Source: a virus (taxonomy: Duplodnaviria > Caudoviricetes). Taken from it: a stretch of 48,345 bases of DNA. The translations under genes were made by a program, and so were the position numbers. The stretch lies in the IMG/VR virus record IMGVR_UViG_3300037782_000051, positions 1-48,345 of that record; one strand, written 5' to 3'. Each line of letters begins with the position of its first letter. Position 1 is the stretch's first letter. This document shows positions 8,073-14,308 of the stretch, in pieces. The notes beneath the pieces are model-generated. The model was not told where the DNA came from. It saw only the letters and a list, made by a program, of their open reading frames with translations, and searched no databases.

Positions 8073-8342
8073 ATGAAACAAGAATTGAATTTTATGGATG
8101 TTGATCTCGGTCACTTTGATACCGAATCGAAAACTTTTCACCCTAATATAGATAATGTAAAATCAATTGAAGTGATGGGGGAAAACAATTGCAACAATCC
8201 AGAAATTATGGGGTCTATTGAAATTGTATGTTACGATGAAAAATGGGATTGGCCAATTTTCATGTGGGTTAGAGAAGATAAGATAACACTATCAACAAGT
8301 GTATCGTATAGCAACCGCCGAAAAGTAATTTATCTTTCTTAG
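8073..8342 (+). CDS. Cassette 5 cargo (cassette 7940-8360), hypothetical 89 aa
   Basis: ATG 133 nt after the GGT core. Confidence 0.75.
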   Translation: MKQELNFMDVDLGHFDTESKTFHPNIDNVKSIEVMGENNCNNPEIMGSIEIVCYDEKWDWPIFMWVREDKITLSTSVSYSNRRKVIYLS

Positions 8343-8357
8343 CGACCGATTGCACAC

Positions 8358-8417
8358 ACCGGACGGGGCTACCCGGCGTATGGAGCGCAGCGTAATATGA
8401 TCGGGTAGCATAGTGTT
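8358..8417 (+). repeat. attC-like hairpin 5 (ACC...GTT)
   Basis: GCTACCCGG/TCGGGTAGC stem. Confidence 0.78.
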
Positions 8418-8538
8418 GGGTGCAGGCGTACAAATAATAGTGCGGCGAGTGACGATAGGAACGAGTGACAAGAAACCCTAAACTGGTATTTATTAATTCC
8501 TTTCTTTACTCTTAATCGGGGTAGAGCAGGGAGCGAAG

Positions 8539-8626
8539 AACGGTTGGGTGTATGGTGTGTAGCTGACACCACTAACTTTCGGCTAAAGAACTAATGTTTA
8601 ATCTGCTATACACTATATATTGTGTT
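8539..8626 (+). repeat. Nested longer attC-like hairpin of a different family inside cassette 6
   Basis: AAC...GTGTATGGTGTGTAGC / GCTATACACTATATAT...GTT; all non-Watson-Crick pairs in this stem are G-T. Confidence 0.72.
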
Positions 8627-8648
8627 AGCCACCGTAAATACTAAGATT

Positions 8649-8879
8649 ATGATTTTAGAAACAGGATTCAAACTACCACGAGATAAAGGCGTGATTCGAT
8701 TTGGTGATGTACTTAAAAGTAGTATGACACATGATGTAGTAGTAATGTTCCATCAAGGACAGAAGAAACCTATCGTAAAAGTGATAGATGAAGATATTTG
8801 GTTTGAACTTGAAGAGTTTCTTGACTCATGTGGTTCACGTCTTGAAATTAGCCACAACATTAATTATTATTGTGGCTAA
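8649..8879 (+). CDS. Nested cassette cargo (GTTAGCCAC 8624 ... GTGGCTAAT 8880) within cassette 6 (8415-8950); weakly YopX-like
   Basis: ATG at 8649. IRFGDVL...LEISHNI loosely recalls the YopX C-terminal pattern. Confidence 0.65.
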   Translation: MILETGFKLPRDKGVIRFGDVLKSSMTHDVVVMFHQGQKKPIVKVIDEDIWFELEEFLDSCGSRLEISHNINYYCG

Positions 8880-8921
8880 TACTTATCCATGTTCAACATT
8901 TCATTGAATATAGATATAGTT
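8878..8921 (+). repeat. Degenerate nested attC-like hairpin (AAT...GTT)
   Basis: TATCCATGTTCAA/TTGAATATAGATA imperfect stem. Confidence 0.55.
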
Positions 8922-8947
8922 CTTCCCTCCCTGCGGAGCTTGCACCC

Positions 8948-9003
8948 AACGTACAGGGCTACACGCAGGCGCGAGGCACGAGTGCTTGTGTGTAGCTGTA
9001 GTT
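8948..9003 (+). repeat. attC-like hairpin 6 (AAC...GTT)
   Basis: TACAGG-GCTACACGCAGGC/GCTTGTGTGTAGC-TGTA with apical GCGAGGCACGAGT. Confidence 0.85.
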
Positions 9004-9133
9004 ATGCACCGTTTTAACCAGCAGTAGACGAGCCGTAGTGTGCGAAGGCGGGTGACTAATTAATCGGGTAACAAACAATTATTATTTATTCATTTTTATC
9101 TGGCGGCTTAATCGTCAGCAAAACACAACAATC

Positions 9134-9409
9134 ATGCAAACATCAAAAAGAACTGAAATTCATGTAAACCAGCGAATGATTGAAATTCTATCTAAAGGCG
9201 ATTATATCCCATCGCTAGAGGAAGAATTTCAGATCAATTATACCACACGCGGGGTACTTCGCAATGATACCTTAAAGGTTGTAAAAATTGAAGATGAAAC
9301 ACACACAAGTGAACCAACTCAATTTCTACCTGAGATAGAAACCGTTGTAACAAAAATTCACTGTGAAGTTGTAAAGAACCATCATAAACAAAGATTTTCA
9401 TCATATTGA
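9134..9409 (+). CDS. Cassette 7 cargo (cassette 9001-9431), hypothetical 91 aa
   Basis: ATG 133 nt after the GTT core; bracketed by TGGCGGCT/AGCCGCCA. Confidence 0.75.
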   Translation: MQTSKRTEIHVNQRMIEILSKGDYIPSLEEEFQINYTTRGVLRNDTLKVVKIEDETHTSEPTQFLPEIETVVTKIHCEVVKNHHKQRFSSY

Positions 9410-9428
9410 TAGCCGCCAAATGGTGCAT

Positions 9429-9491
9429 AACGTACAGGGCTACACGCAGCCTGTTCAGCCCTCGCGTTGGAGGTTGCGTGTAGCTGTAGTT
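9429..9491 (+). repeat. attC-like hairpin 7 (AAC...GTT)
   Basis: GCTACACGCAGCCT/AGGTTGCGTGTAGC stem. Confidence 0.85.
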
Positions 9492-9616
9492 AGGTACTGC
9501 GAAACAACTAAATGGTCAAGGCGGCGATAGCAAGCCGGGTGACTATAACAACAGGCATCAAACCAGTATTCATCATTCATTTTCTTCGGGCGACTGCCAG
9601 CGTAAATAATAATCGA

Positions 9617-10252
9617 ATGCAAAACAAATTCTTAAATATTGATTGTATGGACGAGCGGGAAGGGCTGCCGTCTTATCCTGATAATTTCTTTGATCTTGCT
9701 ATTGTAGATCCACCTTATGGGTTAGATATAGGTAATTCTCCTAGAATTGTAACAGATAAGGGTATCAAGGGCAAGTCTTGGGATTCAATGATACCTGATA
9801 GAGAATACTTTGAACAGTTAAATCGGGTATCTAAAAATCAAATTATTTGGGGCTGGAATTATTTTGTCCCATTTTTATCTTCTTGTCAATGCTATATCGT
9901 TTGGTACAAGCATCAACCTGTCAAATCTTTTGCAGATTGTGAAAGTGCTTATACATCGTTCAAAAGACCCGCTGTTGTTTTTGACTTTAGATACTATGGG
10001 AATATTGAAGGCGGGACAAAAGCTAGTTTGAAAATTCATCCTACTCAAAAACCAATAAAGCTGTATCAAAGGACTTTAACGGAATTTGCCAAACCGGGCG
10101 ACCTTATTCTTGATACTCATGTTGGTTCTGCATCATCATTAATCGCTTTTGAAAGTATGGGATTCAATTACCATGCTTTTGAAATTGATGAAGATTATTA
10201 TAAGGCAGCCCTGGAGCGCATGCGGGCGGGCATTCAAACAGCAATTTTTTAG
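9617..10252 (+). CDS. Cassette 8 cargo (cassette 9489-10273): N6-adenine/N4-cytosine DNA methyltransferase, beta-class motif order
   Basis: Catalytic DPPY, then HPTQKP, then SAM-binding ILDTHVGSAS and FEIDEDYY. Confidence 0.9.
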   Translation: MQNKFLNIDCMDEREGLPSYPDNFFDLAIVDPPYGLDIGNSPRIVTDKGIKGKSWDSMIPDREYFEQLNRVSKNQIIWGWNYFVPFLSSCQCYIVWYKHQPVKSFADCESAYTSFKRPAVVFDFRYYGNIEGGTKASLKIHPTQKPIKLYQRTLTEFAKPGDLILDTHVGSASSLIAFESMGFNYHAFEIDEDYYKAALERMRAGIQTAIF

Positions 10253-10270
10253 CTGGCAGTAGTAGTACCT

Positions 10271-10335
10271 AACGGACAAAGCTACACGCTGCCACGCCCA
10301 GCCCTCGGTTCGCCGGTAGCGTGTAGCGTGATGGT
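10271..10335 (+). repeat. attC-like hairpin 8 (AAC...GGT)
   Basis: GCTACACGCTGCC/GGTAGCGTGTAGC stem. Confidence 0.85.
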
Positions 10336-10482
10336 GTGTGATGTGATATTCAAATAACTGAGCTGCGACGATAGGAGCGCGGCTGTATTAATACCCCCGA
10401 GCCTGTGGAGGCCGGGGGAGAATGAACTAAATTTTTTCATGGCCTAACCCTACTCGGGCAGGCAGGCGTAAAATAATTTTAA

Positions 10483-10671
10483 ATGAAAGATCAAAAGAAA
10501 AGTGTTGAAAATAAACCTAAAAGAAAACCTTGGAATTACGGGAAAAGAAAACCCATTGTAGATGAAATGGGGAATAAATGGTGTAATTGCATAGAACCAA
10601 AACTAACTTCTAATTCAGGTGTAGGTGGTCAAGCATATTGTTTAAAATGTCATTCAAATTGGTATCATTAG
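10483..10671 (+). CDS. Cassette 9 cargo (cassette 10333-10690), small basic Zn-ribbon-like protein
   Basis: CNC...CLKCH cysteine pairs. Confidence 0.65.
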   Translation: MKDQKKSVENKPKRKPWNYGKRKPIVDEMGNKWCNCIEPKLTSNSGVGGQAYCLKCHSNWYH

Positions 10672-10687
10672 CCTGCCCATATCACAC

Positions 10688-10743
10688 ACCGGACGGGGCT
10701 ACACGCAGGGCTGAGGTACGAAGCCTTGAGTGTAGCTGTAGTT
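10688..10743 (+). repeat. attC-like hairpin 9 (ACC...GTT)
   Basis: GCTACACGCAGGGC/GCCTTGAGTGTAGC stem with apical CTGAGGTACGAAG. Confidence 0.85.
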
Positions 10744-10891
10744 ACATGGCGTTTTAACCTATAATAGTCAAGCAGCGACAGTAGGAGCGCGGGTGACTTT
10801 TCTACTCAGCTACAAACCCTTTCCAATCCTGTCTATTCCGTGTGCGGCCCTAAACTAAATATACTTTGTGTATAAAATAATTGATATAAAA

Positions 10892-10924
10892 CTTGCGCGT
10901 GTGGTATACTTATTGTATATTGCA
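10892..10924 (+). promoter_or_regulatory. Promoter inside cassette 10 (CTTG-N20-TATATTGCA)
   Basis: Same spacing as 5311 and 32051; followed by an A-rich leader. Confidence 0.65.
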
Positions 10925-10953
10925 GCATCATTAACAACAAAACAATATAAATC

Positions 10954-11184
10954 ATGAAAAAGTACCTAGTAAATACCTTATTGAATATCATTCACGAGGT
11001 ATCTGAAATTGGAGGTGAAGTTGATCGCACAGATTTCATTCGTGCTGATGGAAGCAAAGGATGCGTTTTTGGTAAAGAATGGAAAACCATGCACGCAGAT
11101 AATGAGGAAGATATAAAAAATCACCTCCGAAAGCACAGAGAGTATTATTGCAGGATTAACGGATATAGCACTTTAGAACTTTAA
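10954..11184 (+). CDS. Cassette 10 (10741-11414) cargo gene 1, hypothetical 76 aa
   Basis: ATG after the promoter and A-rich leader. Confidence 0.75.
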   Translation: MKKYLVNTLLNIIHEVSEIGGEVDRTDFIRADGSKGCVFGKEWKTMHADNEEDIKNHLRKHREYYCRINGYSTLEL

Positions 11185-11227
11185 CCCAAGCCCCCGCGAT
11201 AACATCAACGGGGCTAAATCTTTTATT

Positions 11228-11413
11228 GTGGATAAAATCATTTCTATCTACCTCGAAAACCAAACCGAGAAAGCAAATCGGCTTGGTAAACACCGTCAAA
11301 CATTAGTGGCTTGGAAACGCAACCCTTCTCAGGCTAGCTTGCAATTGATCGAAGAAGACCTTAAAGCGCTTCTTCTTCTAATACAAGAATACAAGACCGC
11401 AAATGCCATGTAA
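11228..11413 (+). CDS. Cassette 10 cargo gene 2, HTH-like 61 aa
   Basis: QTEKANRLGKHRQTLVAWKRNP resembles an HTH; GTG start; the stop lies in the TAAC core. Confidence 0.6.
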   Translation: MDKIISIYLENQTEKANRLGKHRQTLVAWKRNPSQASLQLIEEDLKALLLLIQEYKTANAM

Positions 11414-11426
11414 CTACATAACACCC

Positions 11427-11468
11427 GCAACCCCGTATGTAAACGCTTGTAAACGACTACGGGGTTGC
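11427..11468. repeat. Perfect 11-bp inverted repeat closing the array
   Basis: GCAACCCCGTA...TACGGGGTTGC, 12 nt after the last AAC core. Confidence 0.7.
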
Positions 11469-11481
11469 TTAACTTGTAAGC

Positions 11482-12114
11482 ATGAAAAGAAAGCTAATCC
11501 TGCTCGACCCAGGCCACGGCGGCATCCATCCAGACACCTGCGAGTACACCACCGCACCAGATAAGATGGCGTACCACGAAGGTTATTACATGCACCATGA
11601 CGGATGGTTTTATGAGGGCGCATGGAACAGGTTTTTTGCCCTTGAGCTAGGAGCTGCGCTGGCTGCTTCTGGCATCCCCTTCTTGTACACCGTCCCTTTC
11701 ACCCGCTGGCATGAAGATGTAAGCCTTGGCGAGCGCATAAGTTATGCTAATTGGTTTCATCAACTGCATGACGTGCTATATATCAGCATCCATGCCAACG
11801 CGCATGACACCACCGTCCGGGGCTGGCAGGTGCATACCTCACCTGGTGAAACGCGCAGCGATGCGATAGGGCAGCAGTTGTGGGGTGAAGTAGAAAAAGA
11901 GTTCGGCAGTACGATAACGATGCGTTCAGACGTGTCTGACGGTGATGCAGACTTTGAAAACAAGTTCAGGGTGCTCACTCAGACTCGCTGCACTGCCATC
12001 TTAGCAGAAAACTTATTTTTCGATAACACTGAAGATGCGCTGCTGCTGATGGATGCGAATTTCGTGGAGCGTTTGAAGTGGTGTTATTTTCGGGTTTGTA
12101 TGGGGTGGTTTTAA
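11482..12114 (+). CDS. N-acetylmuramoyl-L-alanine amidase (Amidase_3), probable endolysin
   Basis: LDPGHGG, FYEG, ISIHANA and AILAEN zinc-binding/catalytic motifs. Confidence 0.9.
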   Translation: MKRKLILLDPGHGGIHPDTCEYTTAPDKMAYHEGYYMHHDGWFYEGAWNRFFALELGAALAASGIPFLYTVPFTRWHEDVSLGERISYANWFHQLHDVLYISIHANAHDTTVRGWQVHTSPGETRSDAIGQQLWGEVEKEFGSTITMRSDVSDGDADFENKFRVLTQTRCTAILAENLFFDNTEDALLLMDANFVERLKWCYFRVCMGWF

Positions 12115-12152
12115 TTTGTAGTTTTACATCAACAACAACAAAGCAATTGCAA

Positions 12153-12995
12153 ATGAAAACAGTAACATCAATATCAGGCGGAAAAACATCTGCTTATCTT
12201 GCTACTCATTACCCTACTGATTACAACGTTTTCTCTTTGGTTAGAATAGAGGACAAAAGTGCTGCGTTCCCTGATAAGAAAATTAGGCAAATAGTAGAGG
12301 ATAAAATCCAAAAGCAATTTATTGCTACAGCTGAAGATGATACTATCATTTACACAATTCTTGATCTTGAGCAGCATATCGGCAGAAAGATACATTGGGT
12401 ATCAGGCGACACCTTTGACAGCGTTATCGAACAAAAAGGCGGTTATCTTCCTAACAAGATGCAACGTTTTTGCACTTCAGAAATGAAGTTAAAGCCTATT
12501 TTTTATTGGTGGGCAGAAACAATAAGCGAACCAATAAAAATGCAAATTGGCTACCGGGCTAATGAGCAAAGAAGAGCAAACACTATGCTATCTAAGTGCA
12601 ATGAAGACGGATTGCTCGAATATAAAGCAACATTTGAAAAGCACTCAAATGGGAACAATAAATGGGAGCAAATACCATGGCAAAAACCATCATTCCCGCT
12701 TATTGATAACGCTGTTTTTCGTGACCAGATAGAAAACTATTGGACTGGTCAAACCGTCCGTTTTGCTGATTACAATAACTGTGTCGGCTGCTTTCATCGA
12801 AACCCCTTATTTCTTCGTAAGATGTGGGATAAACATCCAGCTAAGATGGATTGGTTTGAATCAAAAGAAACAGGGCCGAAAAACCCAAATTGGAGATCTG
12901 ATATATCTTATTCACAAATTAAGCAGCACCGCCCTCAATTTGAATTAGATTTTTCAGATTTTTCAGATTGCGATTCTGGATACTGCGGAATGTAA
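12153..12995 (+). CDS. PAPS-reductase-like (PP-loop) protein with Cys clusters
   Basis: SISGGKTS PP-loop, RFCTSEMK, IGYRANE, NCVGCF and terminal CDSGYCG. Confidence 0.8.
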   Translation: MKTVTSISGGKTSAYLATHYPTDYNVFSLVRIEDKSAAFPDKKIRQIVEDKIQKQFIATAEDDTIIYTILDLEQHIGRKIHWVSGDTFDSVIEQKGGYLPNKMQRFCTSEMKLKPIFYWWAETISEPIKMQIGYRANEQRRANTMLSKCNEDGLLEYKATFEKHSNGNNKWEQIPWQKPSFPLIDNAVFRDQIENYWTGQTVRFADYNNCVGCFHRNPLFLRKMWDKHPAKMDWFESKETGPKNPNWRSDISYSQIKQHRPQFELDFSDFSDCDSGYCGM

Positions 12996-12998
12996 CAA

Positions 12999-13032
12999 GA
13001 AAGCCCCAAACGCTCTTTTGCGCGGGGCTTTC
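12999..13032. terminator. Hairpin at the convergence of the two genome arms
   Basis: GAAAGCCCC...GGGGCTTTC between convergent genes. Confidence 0.7.
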
Positions 13033-13066
13033 ACCAAAACTGCTGTAACTCTCATACGATGCTAAT

Positions 13067-14224
13067 CTACAAATTAAAATACCATTCTGCAACCCTCCCC
13101 CTATCCGGGCAAAAAAGATACGCCTTACTACTGCGCTGATTGCCGGTAAAATTATGGTCGAAGTGCCATTTATCAGTAGGGCAAAGCGAAGGGCATATCT
13201 CTACCTGCGTCCCCATATACTCATCTCTCCTTTCGTCATATATTGATAGCCTTGCACTTGCGTTCTTATGCAGGTGGCCGACAAAGAAGTAGCGATATTT
13301 CACGCTACTGAAGATTGACGGCATATCGTTCGAGAAAGCCCCGTGCAGGTCGCGTGGCTTGACTTTCTCCCCGTGCGTGAAGCCTATCCCTGTTGCCCCA
13401 AATTTGAAGTATTTACGGCGGTATTGCTTGTTGTTGACTTGTACTACCGGATGCCTGTCAAAAAGCCCCTCTAGATAATCCCCTAGCCGAAGCACAGCGT
13501 CCTCATCGTGATTGCCAGGCACCATTATTACCTGCACAGGCGCAATCTCTGCACAAGCCAGAATGCCCGCTACTACTACGTCCCGCACGTATTTGTACAG
13601 ATTGCCAAAGCTCTCGCTGACCTCCATCGGCGTGCCACGCTTGGTAGTGTTCGTGTCGCTATTAGTATGCAGCAGGTCGTTGCCAATCGGCAAAAGTATC
13701 TGAGCTATCGGCAGGTCCTGCGCTTTGTACAGGTAATAATCCAATGCCTTTTGCCATACCTCTCGGGCTTCATCCAAGCTCCACGAGTCCCCCTTGTAGC
13801 CAAACGCAATCTTTCCGAAGTGGTGATCTGTGAGCATCGGCATAAGGCAGTAACCCTCCTGCAAGCCGTCAGGTATCTCAGTAGGGGGGAATGGCCGTGC
13901 TTGCAAGCTCAATTCCTGCACAAGCTCACTGTAAGCTAGCGCCATGTCCCCTGACTGCTCATATATGCGCCATTCACCGCCATTTGGAGCCTTTGACAGA
14001 CGTTTAAGCCTCATGCCCTCCGTTGGTGTGTCTGTGCTGTTTTGACGGCTGTACACTTCGCTTATGACGTTGCCGTTGCCGTCGAGCGTTTGCTTAGTCA
14101 GCCTAAGCATCCAATCGCCGCCTGCCTCGTCCATTGCATCCACTACGTTGTCTATGCCTATTTTTCGCACAGCATCAATAAGGCGTTGCCATTTTTCTTC
14201 ATCTCCGGTCAGTCTAGGTCGCAT
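13067..14224 (-). CDS. Calcineurin-like metallophosphoesterase
   Basis: TDHHFG, GNDLL, PGNHD, THG and GHLH motifs. Confidence 0.85.
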   Translation of the reverse strand: MRPRLTGDEEKWQRLIDAVRKIGIDNVVDAMDEAGGDWMLRLTKQTLDGNGNVISEVYSRQNSTDTPTEGMRLKRLSKAPNGGEWRIYEQSGDMALAYSELVQELSLQARPFPPTEIPDGLQEGYCLMPMLTDHHFGKIAFGYKGDSWSLDEAREVWQKALDYYLYKAQDLPIAQILLPIGNDLLHTNSDTNTTKRGTPMEVSESFGNLYKYVRDVVVAGILACAEIAPVQVIMVPGNHDEDAVLRLGDYLEGLFDRHPVVQVNNKQYRRKYFKFGATGIGFTHGEKVKPRDLHGAFSNDMPSIFSSVKYRYFFVGHLHKNASARLSIYDERRDEYMGTQVEICPSLCPTDKWHFDHNFTGNQRSSKAYLFCPDRGRVAEWYFNL

Positions 14225-14246
14225 AAAAGAGCGTATTAGGTATTAG

Positions 14247-14284
14247 AAAAAACCCCCTGCCTGCTAGTGCAGATACAGGGGGTT
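14247..14284 (-). terminator. Intrinsic terminator (- strand)
   Basis: AACCCCCTG...CAGGGGG followed by T6 on the - strand. Confidence 0.65.
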
Positions 14285-14308
14285 GTCAGTTATTGTCGTT
14301 GGATTCGC

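Larger units (their letters stand above)
6073..11468 (+). mobile_element. Integron-like gene-cassette array (10 cassettes, no integrase in cis; CALIN-like)
   Basis: Co-oriented AT-rich ORFs alternate with nine AAC/ACC...GTT/GGT hairpins. Each cassette's two ends are complementary to each other. Confidence 0.88.

Noticed and set aside
9512-9616. Upstream extensions of cassette ORFs given by the track (9512, 6199, 7030, 8622)
   Set aside because: They run through the non-coding cassette scaffold. Downstream ATGs with A-rich leaders fit better.
6437-10743. Hairpins as simple intrinsic terminators or REP elements
   Set aside because: They lack U-tracts, and neither explanation accounts for cassette-specific end-to-end covariation or the hybrid cores.
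6073-11414. CRISPR array
   Set aside because: The repeats are divergent 56-66 nt hairpins separated by 350-790 nt units containing ORFs, not constant-length spacers. No cas genes were seen.
6073-11414. Retron, DGR or group II intron explanation for the nested inverted repeats
   Set aside because: No reverse-transcriptase motifs were recognised anywhere. The c1/c4 duplication is non-coding and its differences are not adenine-specific. An RT acting in trans cannot be excluded.
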